A DNA stretch of 64,000 bases from a bacterium (GTDB lineage Bacteria; Cyanobacteriota; Sericytochromatia; S15B-MN24; UBA4093): the NCBI GenBank assembly GCA_035285805.1, contig JAYKJE010000037.1, positions 9,945 through 73,944 of the forward strand, written 5' to 3'. The notes under the pieces were generated by a model. It did no database searches and was not told the DNA's origin. It was given only the letters and a program-made list of their open reading frames with translations. The first letter of the stretch is position 1; every line of letters begins with the position of its first letter. Shown piece by piece: positions 56,477 through 64,000 of this stretch. The translations under genes and the position numbers were made by a program.

Positions 56477-57288
56477 TTGCCCACGCTCTCGAACATCGAC
56501 TCGAGGCCGACCGAGATCTCGCTCTGGAGCATGATCTCGAACTGGGACAGCTGGTAACGCATCGCCACGATGGCATGGAGCAGCGCATCCCGATTGGCGA
56601 TGCAGATATCTCGCCCGAGGATGGGATTGGACATCGCGAGGCGGGTGGTGTCCCGAAACCCTGCCGCGGCGACCTTGCGGAGATCCGGGATCTCTTTCAT
56701 CGAGCCCTGAGCGACCCTCGCGACGGCCGTGGCCATCAGGAAGGGCAGATGCGAGGTGTACGCCACGGCCAGGTCATGGGCCGATGGCTCCATCTCGACC
56801 CACTGGGCCCCGAGCGACGCGAACCAGCGACGGAACGTGGTCATGGCCTTGCGCTCGGCCTCGCGTTCAGGAGTCCAGACGTACGTGCAGCCCCGGAAGA
56901 GCTCTGGCGAGGCATGAGACAGGCCCCGCAACTCGGATCCGGCCATCGGATGCCCGCCCACGAATCGACCCTGGGGGAGGATCTGAGTGGCCACCTTGCA
57001 GATCTGTCCCTTGACCGAGCCCACATCGGTGATAAGGGCCTTCGCCGGAGCCTGACGGGCAACGTCCCGGAGCACGTCGGACAGACGTCCCAGCGGGACG
57101 GCCAGCACGACCCCGTCCGCCTTCTTCAGGGCTGCAGACAGGTCGGAGGCCGCCTCGATGCCGAGCACGCGAGCCTCTTCCACGACCTCCGGAGCGACAT
57201 CCACGCCCACGACGTCGTGCGCCTCGCGCAGGGCGAGAGCCAGCGACCCCCCGATGGCTCCGAGCCCCACGATGCAGATGCGCGCCAT
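56452..57288 (-). CDS. tyrA: prephenate/arogenate dehydrogenase
   Basis: N-terminal Rossmann motif ICIVGLGAIGGS and the TyrA catalytic region; Bacillus-like tyrA-aroA adjacency. Confidence 0.85.
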   Translation of the reverse strand: MARICIVGLGAIGGSLALALREAHDVVGVDVAPEVVEEARVLGIEAASDLSAALKKADGVVLAVPLGRLSDVLRDVARQAPAKALITDVGSVKGQICKVATQILPQGRFVGGHPMAGSELRGLSHASPELFRGCTYVWTPEREAERKAMTTFRRWFASLGAQWVEMEPSAHDLAVAYTSHLPFLMATAVARVAQGSMKEIPDLRKVAAAGFRDTTRLAMSNPILGRDICIANRDALLHAIVAMRYQLSQFEIMLQSEISVGLESMFESVGKWREDLMS

Positions 57289-57394
57289 CCCGTCCTCCGT
57301 CCACTCCCGGCCTCTCCCCCGAGGGCCCTGCCCCATTCTAGCGCAGGGGGCGGCCCCGGGGGGACACGGCCGGCCATGGAAGCGACACGTCTTT

Positions 57395-57435
57395 TTTATC
57401 TTGATTAATTGATATACTATCTAATCATGATCAAA
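57395..57435. promoter_or_regulatory. AT-rich divergent promoter region between tyrA and comF with TTGAT repeats and TATACT -10-like hexamer
   Basis: cttttttatcTTGATTaaTTGATATACTATctaatcaTGATCAA stands out in a 70% GC context. Hexamer spacing is imperfect, so promoter assignment is tentative. Confidence 0.3.
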
Positions 57436-58176
57436 TGGCAGCGACTCCTGATCCGCGTGACCCCACCGCCCGACCCGGTACGCCTGGTCCACCATCGCGT
57501 GCTGAACACCCTCTACCAGACGGCATGTGCCGTCTGCCGGGTCCCCCGGGACGGACCGCTCTGTCCCGAGTGCCACCGGGGCCTCTGGCGCGAGACCCGA
57601 CGGGCGGTGGGGGACGAGGTCCTCCTGCCCGGCTCTCCCATCCGGGGATGGAGCCTGGGTGTCTACCGGGGAAGGCTGCGCCGGGGCATCCGCGCCCTGA
57701 AATTCGAGGGCGCCCTGGAACTCGCTCACGAGCTGGGTCGACGTCTGGCCGAGACCGTTCCAGACGACCTGCTCCCGGAAGGGTCCGTGATCGTGCCCGT
57801 CCCGATGCATCCGGACCGTCGCCGCGAGCGAGGCTTCAACCACGTCGCCCCGCTGGCCTGGCATCTCGCCCGGCACCGGGGCCTCCCGTCGGACGGCAGG
57901 TTGCTCGAGCGCACGCGCTCGGCTCCGTCTTCCCCCCACCAGAGTCGAGAGGCTCGTCAGAGCCGCGTCATGGGGGCCTTCCGCCTGGCGCCGGGGAAAC
58001 GAGCCCCCGCGAGCGTCGTCCTCGTCGATGATGTCTGGACGACGGGAGCCACTGCCCGGGCGGTTCTCGGGACCCTGCGCGAGGCAGGAGTCGCGGACCT
58101 GACCTTCGTGGCGCTGGCGCGAGCCCTGCCCGCTCCCCTAAAATACCCCCATGCTGAATCTCGATCTGACCGGTAA
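57409..58176 (+). CDS. comFC: ComF family protein (phosphoribosyltransferase-domain competence protein)
   Basis: N-terminal zinc-finger cysteines (CAVCRV...CPEC), PRTase motif VVLVDDVWTTGAT. Start possibly the Met at 57427. Confidence 0.75.
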   Translation: MIYYLIMIKWQRLLIRVTPPPDPVRLVHHRVLNTLYQTACAVCRVPRDGPLCPECHRGLWRETRRAVGDEVLLPGSPIRGWSLGVYRGRLRRGIRALKFEGALELAHELGRRLAETVPDDLLPEGSVIVPVPMHPDRRRERGFNHVAPLAWHLARHRGLPSDGRLLERTRSAPSSPHQSREARQSRVMGAFRLAPGKRAPASVVLVDDVWTTGATARAVLGTLREAGVADLTFVALARALPAPLKYPHAESRSDR

Positions 58177-59044
58177 GAGAGCCCTCGTGGCCGGGGTGGC
58201 GGACGACGCGGGCTATGGCTTCGCGATCGCCCGGGCGCTGGCCGCGGCCGGTGCCGAGGTCTCGGTGGCCTGCTGGCCCCCGGCACTCGGCATCTTCACG
58301 AAGCTCCTGGAGCGCGGCAAGCTGGACGAGTCCCGGAAGCTCCCGGACGGCCGGCTGCTGACCTTCCAGGAGATTCTGCCGCTCGATGCCGGCTTCGACA
58401 CATGGGACGACGTACCCGAGGGGCTCCGCGAGGACCGCCGCTACCGGGAACACGGCGACTTCACCATGCAGGGCCTGGCCAACCGACTCGCCGGGGCCGC
58501 TGGCGAACCCGTCCTCGACATCGTGGTCCATAGCCTGGCCAACGGTCCCGAGGTCAAGAAACCCCTCCTCGAGACCTCGAGAACCGGCTACCAGGTGGCC
58601 GTGGGCGTCAGTGCCTACTCGTGGGTCTCGATGCTCCAGCGCCTGGGGCCGATCGTCCGGCCGGGGGGAGCCTTCGTCTCGCTGAGCTACCTCGCAGCCG
58701 AGCGCGTCATCCCGGGCTACGGCGGCGGCATGAGTTCGGCGAAGGCCGCCCTGGAGAGCGACACGCGCGTACTGGCCTACGAGGCCGGCCGACGCTGGGG
58801 CCACCGGGTCAACGCGATCTCGGCGGGCCCGCTGGCTTCACGAGCGGCCTCGGCGATCGGCATCATCGAGGACATGATCGACCATGCGGCTGCGCAGTCG
58901 CCACTCACGACCCCGCTCACGGCCGACGACGTCGCCCACGCCGCAGCCTTCCTGTGCAGCCACCTGGCCGCCGGCATCACGGGCGAGGTGCTGCACGTGG
59001 ATCGGGGGTATCACGCGATGGGCGGGCCGGCCCCCGAGGCCTGA
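58151..59044 (+). CDS. fabI: enoyl-[acyl-carrier-protein] reductase (NADH), plant/cyanobacterial-type FabI
   Basis: Near-identical blocks to plant ENR: DIVVHSLANGPEV.KPLLETSR.GY, IIPGYGGGMSSAKAALESDTRVLA.EAGR, RVN.ISAGPL.SRAA.AIG. Y-x6-K catalytic dyad. Confidence 0.9.
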   Translation: MLNLDLTGKRALVAGVADDAGYGFAIARALAAAGAEVSVACWPPALGIFTKLLERGKLDESRKLPDGRLLTFQEILPLDAGFDTWDDVPEGLREDRRYREHGDFTMQGLANRLAGAAGEPVLDIVVHSLANGPEVKKPLLETSRTGYQVAVGVSAYSWVSMLQRLGPIVRPGGAFVSLSYLAAERVIPGYGGGMSSAKAALESDTRVLAYEAGRRWGHRVNAISAGPLASRAASAIGIIEDMIDHAAAQSPLTTPLTADDVAHAAAFLCSHLAAGITGEVLHVDRGYHAMGGPAPEA

Positions 59045-59087
59045 AGCTCCCGCCCGCGGGTGCCCCCCCGCGAGGTGCCGCCCCGTC

Positions 59088-60278
59088 TCAGCAAGCCGCG
59101 GAGACGAGGGCACCGATGCGAGCGGCATCGAGATCGTCTCGCTCGCCCAGCGGTAACACGCCACGGGCGATGAGCTTCCGGACGACCTCCTCCGAGGGAT
59201 CCCCCGAGAGACCATACGCCGACAGCCGCGTCGGGACCCCGACCGACTCGAAGAAGGAGCGGGTACCGGCGATCGCCGCATCGATGCGCTCGTCGTCGGA
59301 GCCGTCCCGTATGCCCAGCACCCGCTCGGCATACTGCAGGAGCTTGGCGCGCTTGCCCTCGCGCTGCGCCTCCATGACGGCCGGCAAGATCACGGCCAGG
59401 GTCTGGCCGTGATCGAGGCCGTGAAGGACCGTGAGCTCGTGCCCGATGGCATGCGTGCTCCAGTCCTGGGGCACCCCGACCCCGACCAGGCCCTGGAGGG
59501 CGACGGTGCAGCACCACATGAAGGAGGCGCGTGCCTCGTAGTCCGTCGGGTCGGCCAGGGTTTGCGGCCCGACCTCGATCAGGGTCTGCAGGATGGCCTC
59601 GGCCATCCGGTCCTGCAGGAGCGCCCCGACGGGATACGTCAGGTATTGCTCCATGACGTGGGTGAACCCGTCCACGATCCCGTTGCCGACCTGGCGGGGC
59701 GGGAGCGAGAACGTCGTCTCGGGGTCCAGGATCGAGAATCTCGGAAACAGGAGTTCGCTGAAGAAGGCCAGCTTCTGACGGGTATCGTCCCGCGAGACCA
59801 CCCCGGCGCGGTTCATCTCCGACCCCGTCGCGGGGAGGGTCAGCACGGCACCGAGCGGCACGGCCGACCGGATGGGAGCCTGTTCCGAGCAGATGGTCCA
59901 GGGATCTCCCTCGAAAGGGATGGCCGCCGCGATGAACTTGGTCCCGTCGAGGACCGACCCGCCCCCCACGGCCAGCAGGAAATCGACCTGCTCGGCCCGG
60001 GCGAGCTCGACGGCGCGCATGAGCGTGGGGTATCGCGGATTGGGCTCGATGCCGCCGAACGTGAGAACCTCGAAGCCTTCGAGAGCCTGCAGGACCTGGT
60101 CGTACACCCCGTTGGCCCGGATGCTGCCGCCCCCGTAGGTCATGAGCACCCGGGCTCCCGGGGGCACCTCCTGGGCGAGGTGGGCGATCTGCCCGCGGCC
60201 GAAGCGGATCTTCACGGGATTGCGATGCACGAAGTTTTGCAAGGACGACCTCTCCTCCTGGCGAAAGGGCCGGGGCAC
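59088..60278 (-). CDS. iron-containing (group III) alcohol dehydrogenase
   Basis: GGGSVLDGTKFIAAA NAD-binding, Fe-ligand His region (HAIGHELTVLHGLDHGQTLA). Confidence 0.85.
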   Translation of the reverse strand: MPRPFRQEERSSLQNFVHRNPVKIRFGRGQIAHLAQEVPPGARVLMTYGGGSIRANGVYDQVLQALEGFEVLTFGGIEPNPRYPTLMRAVELARAEQVDFLLAVGGGSVLDGTKFIAAAIPFEGDPWTICSEQAPIRSAVPLGAVLTLPATGSEMNRAGVVSRDDTRQKLAFFSELLFPRFSILDPETTFSLPPRQVGNGIVDGFTHVMEQYLTYPVGALLQDRMAEAILQTLIEVGPQTLADPTDYEARASFMWCCTVALQGLVGVGVPQDWSTHAIGHELTVLHGLDHGQTLAVILPAVMEAQREGKRAKLLQYAERVLGIRDGSDDERIDAAIAGTRSFFESVGVPTRLSAYGLSGDPSEEVVRKLIARGVLPLGERDDLDAARIGALVSAAC

Positions 60279-60379
60279 TCCAGCCTACGTGCCAGACGTG
60301 TCCCGCGGCAAGGCAGGGAGAAAAGCCTGATTGAGGGCCCATCGCGCGGGTATACGAGGAACGTCCATCCTGACGGAAC

Positions 60380-61198
60380 GTGACGACTGATGCGACACTT
60401 CCGGACGTGACGAGCGAGACCTCCATGCCCCTGCCGACCTCCCGATACCTGCTTCCCGTGATCGCGACCGTCGCGACGCTGACGGCCTGCACCCAGGCAG
60501 CCACGGCCCCCGGTCCGGCCTCACCCGGCTCGACCCCGGCACCCCGGCTTTCCGATACCGGCACCCCGGACACCACGGCGAGGGCCACCATCACCGGTGT
60601 GGCCGTGGCCCCGATCGACCAGCTCACGACGGTGGCCCCCCTGACCACCGTCGCGCCAGTCGCCCCGGGCGATTCGGCCACGCTGACCACGGTGGCCCCC
60701 CTGACCACCGTCGCCCCCTTCCGGGTTCAGGACGCCCCGCCCCGGCATGCGTACGTGCCCGGGGCGACCATCAGCATCCTCACTTCGCGCTTCGAACCCC
60801 TGGCCACGTTCCCCTTGAGCCGGACGGACGCCAGCGGCAGCTTCCGTCTCGAGATCCCGGCCGGACGCCCCCTGTTCCTGAACGTCGACTTCGGTACGGT
60901 GAAGCGACTCTGCCTGTTCGCCTACGTGAAGGCCGACCCCGGCTCCACCCGACGCATCCACGTCAACGTGCCGACCACGCTGGCCGCGACCCTCATGCGG
61001 AACCAGTTCAAGGATGCCCCCGGCATCGAGCGCCTGGACTGGGACCTCATGACCCAGCTGACCGAGAAGATCCCGCTCGACACGATCCCGGACCTGTCCA
61101 GCGAAGGGGATGTCCTCGCCCACTCGCAGGCTCTCAAGACCCGGGCTCCGCTGCTCGCTGCTCTGCTGAATACGATCGAGACCCTCCTGAGTCGCTGA
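60380..61198 (+). CDS. lipoprotein with LTTVAP tandem repeats and CarboxypepD_reg-like domain (paralog A)
   Basis: Lipobox LTAC, repeats LTTVAP x4 (nt ~60623-60718), then a PGATISIL..TDASGSFRLEIPAG beta-sandwich-like domain. Confidence 0.6.
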   Translation: MTTDATLPDVTSETSMPLPTSRYLLPVIATVATLTACTQAATAPGPASPGSTPAPRLSDTGTPDTTARATITGVAVAPIDQLTTVAPLTTVAPVAPGDSATLTTVAPLTTVAPFRVQDAPPRHAYVPGATISILTSRFEPLATFPLSRTDASGSFRLEIPAGRPLFLNVDFGTVKRLCLFAYVKADPGSTRRIHVNVPTTLAATLMRNQFKDAPGIERLDWDLMTQLTEKIPLDTIPDLSSEGDVLAHSQALKTRAPLLAALLNTIETLLSR

Positions 61199-61211
61199 TC
61201 CAGGAGGTCCC

Positions 61212-62309
61212 TTGTCTGCCGTCGTCAGCGGAAAAGCCACGTACTTCGACGGCCTGCGCGCCGAGGCGCGCGAGGTCATTGCAGACGTGAGAGCCGAGGG
61301 GATCGCGCTGACCTTCGAAGATCGCTCCACGGCCTTCTGGCTCCGGGAACACGTCCTGACCTCCGCTTCCGGATCCGAGGCCGGGAGCGGGTTGATCCTG
61401 GCTCACCGGGGTGACGGCGCGGGAAACCCCTCCGTGGTGCTGGAAGATCGCCGATTGGTCCAGGCCTGGCAGCGTCTGGGGCGACGCGCCGGCCATGTCC
61501 GTCCGATCCTGGACCCCGGAGACGGCCGGCGCTCGATCGTCATCGTCGTGGCCATCGTGCTGACGGTCCTCCTGATCGCCAAGGGGTTGCCTGCTCTCGG
61601 ACGGGTGTACCTGCCCCTCGTCCCCCTGGCAGCGGACCGGGCGCTGGGCCGGTTCGCCATCGGGTCTCTGCGCGAGCCCGGGACGTTCGAGGTCGGTTCG
61701 CGGCGCGTCCGGGCCCTGGAGGGACTGCTCGCGAAGCTGACGGAACAGCTCGAGCAGCCTCGCGGCTTCACGTACCGCCTCACCTTCCTGACGGACCCGG
61801 AGCTCGTGAACGCCTTTGCCCTGCCGGGCGGCGAGGTGGTCGTGTCGCAGGGCATCGTGTCGCTCGCCCCCTCTGCCGAGGCCCTCGCGGGCGTCCTCGC
61901 CCACGAGATCCAGCACGTCGAGCATCGCCACGGCACGACGGCGATGTTGCAGGCCCTGTTCCTGGCGCTGTTCCTGCAAGCCACGCACCTGGGCGACCTG
62001 GACCTTCTCCAGAAACTGGCGCAAACCTCGTACGGGCGGGACCTCGAGCGGCAGGCCGACCGCGAGGGCGTCGACCTGCTGCTGCGCGCCCGCATCGATC
62101 CCGCTCCGCTCGTGGACCTGTTCGAGCGCATGGAGCAGCGCCACCGGGGACGCGGCATGCCCGCCTGGCTCAGTGACCATCCGACGGTTGCCAGTCGAAT
62201 CGCCGCCATCCGTGCCCGTGCGACGGTCCGTCAGATCGGGTTCGAGGCCCTGCAACTCGAGATGCCCTGGGCCGAGATCCAGGCTCCCTCGCCTTCGCGG
62301 AGATCTTGA
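61212..62309 (+). CDS. M48 family zinc metallopeptidase with N-terminal cytoplasmic domain and TM segment
   Basis: HEXXH motif LAHEIQHVEHRHG, a TM helix IVIVVAIVLTVLLIA, and a downstream Glu ligand region. Confidence 0.8.
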   Translation: MSAVVSGKATYFDGLRAEAREVIADVRAEGIALTFEDRSTAFWLREHVLTSASGSEAGSGLILAHRGDGAGNPSVVLEDRRLVQAWQRLGRRAGHVRPILDPGDGRRSIVIVVAIVLTVLLIAKGLPALGRVYLPLVPLAADRALGRFAIGSLREPGTFEVGSRRVRALEGLLAKLTEQLEQPRGFTYRLTFLTDPELVNAFALPGGEVVVSQGIVSLAPSAEALAGVLAHEIQHVEHRHGTTAMLQALFLALFLQATHLGDLDLLQKLAQTSYGRDLERQADREGVDLLLRARIDPAPLVDLFERMEQRHRGRGMPAWLSDHPTVASRIAAIRARATVRQIGFEALQLEMPWAEIQAPSPSRRS

Positions 62310-62332
62310 AACGAGCGCCTGGCGGGTACAAC

Positions 62333-63181
62333 ATGCGCGCCCTGCCCTTCCCGGGAGAACCGACCTTGCGTGCCACGTCGCTCTTCATGCCCCTGACCGC
62401 GCTGGCCTCGGCCGCCTTGCTGGGCTGCCCCGCCCCGAACACGGCCACGATCCCGGATTCCGGTTCGCGGCTTGCCATCACGGGGGCCGCGATCGCCCCG
62501 GTGAGTCAGCTGATGACCGTCGCCCCGCTCACGACCGTCGCCCCCCTGGCAGGCAACTCGCTCGCCCATCTCACGACGGTCGCACCCCTCACCACGGTCG
62601 CTCCGCTCACGACCGTCGCGCCCTGGCGCATCCAGCAGGCTTCCAGGTCGATCGACCTCGGTACGATGGCCTTCATCCCGGGCGCGACGGTCAGCGTCCT
62701 GGGCCATGACATGCGTCCACGCACCGACATCCCCTCCGTCCGGACGGACGACCGAGGTTTCTTCAAGCTCGACCTGCCCCGGAACGTCCCGCTGTTCCTC
62801 CAGGTCGACCACGGGACGGGCAAGGTGCTGCACCTGAAGGCCTTCGTGCGGGCCACCCCGGGGCTGGCGAAGCAGGTGCTCACGGTCAACGTACCGAGCA
62901 CGATGGTCGCCGCGATGGCGGCGCGTCAACCCGAGGCGCGGCGCCTGAATCTGGACTGGAACACCATCAGGCAGATCCAGTCGGACCTCGTGGATGGTTT
63001 GGACTCCGACGACGTACCAGACCTCTGGGATGAAGACGACATCGAGGAGCACCTGTCGAAGGAACTGCTCGAGGACAGCGATCTCGACGACCTGCTCGAA
63101 GCCCTGTCGATGGACGACCTCCCCGACGACGGTCTCGATGACGATCCCATCTTTTCTGAGGACGACTGGGACCTCGATTGA
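62333..63181 (+). CDS. lipoprotein with LTTVAP tandem repeats and CarboxypepD_reg-like domain (paralog B), acidic C-terminal tail
   Basis: Lipobox LLGC, repeats (L/M)TTVAP x5 (nt ~62510-62623), PGATVSVL..TDDRGFFKLDLP domain, C-terminal DDVPDLWDEDDIEEH...DDDPIFSEDDWDLD. The ORF track begins at 62306, overlapping the M48 stop. Confidence 0.6.
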   Translation: MRALPFPGEPTLRATSLFMPLTALASAALLGCPAPNTATIPDSGSRLAITGAAIAPVSQLMTVAPLTTVAPLAGNSLAHLTTVAPLTTVAPLTTVAPWRIQQASRSIDLGTMAFIPGATVSVLGHDMRPRTDIPSVRTDDRGFFKLDLPRNVPLFLQVDHGTGKVLHLKAFVRATPGLAKQVLTVNVPSTMVAAMAARQPEARRLNLDWNTIRQIQSDLVDGLDSDDVPDLWDEDDIEEHLSKELLEDSDLDDLLEALSMDDLPDDGLDDDPIFSEDDWDLD

Positions 63182-63231
63182 GTCCCGGTCGACCGCCCCG
63201 CCCCGGACCCGTTCGAGACATGGAGACTCAG

Positions 63232-63684
63232 ATGCCCCCGATCGCCGCCAAGGACCTCACCCGCGACGTCCCCCGCAGCCCTTACGAGGAGCTATCCGGA
63301 ATCCCCTGGCTGGCCCGCCTGATCGACAAGGCGCGCGCCATGGAGGCTGGCACCCTGGGAGAGTACATCCCGTATCCCTGCGGGGGCGACCGGGGCTTCC
63401 TGGAGACGGTCGGAATCGCTCCGGAGGCCCTGCGCCAGGTGATCGCAGACGGCGCCGAGGACGAGGCGATCGCCGGTTGGGTGCGCGAGAACTGGGCCGA
63501 AGATGCCGAAGAGCGCCTCGTCGGCTACCGGGCGCGCCAGCGTGGCCCCGTTGCCCCCGAGAGCGCCGGGTATTTCGCCGGAGCCCGGGCTGCGCTGGCA
63601 GCGGCCCGACCCGATCTCGACCTCTCGGCCATCGACAACTTCTCGAAGCTCATCTGTGCCGAGGAGGGGCATCCCCAGCCCTGA
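63232..63684 (+). CDS. DUF5069-like conserved hypothetical protein
   Basis: PRSPYEELSGIPWLARLIDKAR...GEYIPYPCGGDRGFL motif block recalled as DUF5069. ggaga RBS 5 nt before the ATG. Family assignment from memory. Confidence 0.45.
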   Translation: MPPIAAKDLTRDVPRSPYEELSGIPWLARLIDKARAMEAGTLGEYIPYPCGGDRGFLETVGIAPEALRQVIADGAEDEAIAGWVRENWAEDAEERLVGYRARQRGPVAPESAGYFAGARAALAAARPDLDLSAIDNFSKLICAEEGHPQP

Positions 63685-63692
63685 GCAGGACC

Positions 63693-64000
63693 TCAGCGGA
63701 AGCGGGCGATCGCCCCGGGCGCGTGCCGCTCGGAGCGAACCCCGTCCTGTCCGGGCCAACCCAGGGCGACCAGGGCCACGACCGGAGCATGTCCGGGAAT
63801 CTCGAGGAGGGCGCGAACCTGCTCCGGCACGAAGCCCAGCATGGGGGACGTGCCGAGCCCCAGGGACTCGGCGAGGAGCAGCAGGTACCCGAGGTAGATG
63901 TTCCCCTGACGGGCGCCCCACTCCTCGAGCGCCGCGGCATCCTGACCGTCGAAGCTGCCGCGGATCCGGTTCGCTCGACTTTCGCGCTCGACGCCTTCGA
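63693..64000 (-). CDS. nitroreductase-family protein, 5'-truncated by window end
   Basis: Reverse-strand translation ends ...GNIYLGYLLLLAESLGLGTSPMLGFVPEQVRALLEIP...ARFR*, resembling the nitroreductase C-terminal core (LGLGTxxM). Stop TGA at 63693-63695. Confidence 0.45.
   Translation of the reverse strand, partial: EGVERESRANRIRGSFDGQDAAALEEWGARQGNIYLGYLLLLAESLGLGTSPMLGFVPEQVRALLEIPGHAPVVALVALGWPGQDGVRSERHAPGAIARFR

Noticed and set aside
1-64000. CRISPR arrays, rRNA, IS elements, prophage
   Set aside because: No spaced direct repeats, no transposase/integrase-phage genes (xerC is a chromosomal recombinase), and no rRNA-like segments seen.

Overview
This is a 64 kb chromosomal window from a very high-GC (~70%) bacterium, densely coded on both strands. 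Gene order is Firmicutes-like: dprA-topA-trmFO...xerC, tyrA-aroA, a short four-domain ribosomal protein S1, a YitJ-type homocysteine methyltransferase/MTHFR fusion next to metH, and a ComF-like gene. It also carries diderm markers: an OstA/LptD-like outer-membrane protein and many lipoproteins. I found no rRNA, CRISPR array, transposase or prophage; the only RNA gene is one tRNA-Val(UAC). Housekeeping content: an ABC importer operon, metH plus a yitJ-like gene, treS, otsA with a divergent GT4 glycosyltransferase, xerC, tdk, trmFO, topA, dprA, gltX, rpsA, aroA, tyrA, a plant-type fabI and an Fe-ADH. Candidate accessory loci, in my order of interest: (1) a translationally coupled three-gene operon (TGc-like/SH3-repeat protein, eukaryotic-like kinase-fold protein, TPR protein) at 38.9-42.3 kb; (2) an AT-rich island encoding a 500-aa protein with an alternating N-terminal repeat array and a C-terminal domain carrying conserved Cys/His (37.2-38.9 kb); (3) a Rieske oxygenase / cytochrome P450 / membrane desaturase trio around an MMPL/RND transporter (3.4-9.6 kb); (4) a MoxR-DUF58 operon coupled to an OstA/LptD-like outer-membrane protein; (5) duplicated repeat-bearing lipoproteins flanking an M48 protease and a DUF5069-like gene; (6) a divergent subtilase / tandem-AAA ATPase pair; (7) a small ribbon-helix-helix (RHH)-like regulator in a second AT-rich islet; (8) GGDEF and PilZ genes with a poly-Q tail. 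Many long antisense ORFs in the six-frame track are GC-frame artefacts and were not called. Internal start sites were assigned by residue counting from the ORF track and are approximate to a few nt.
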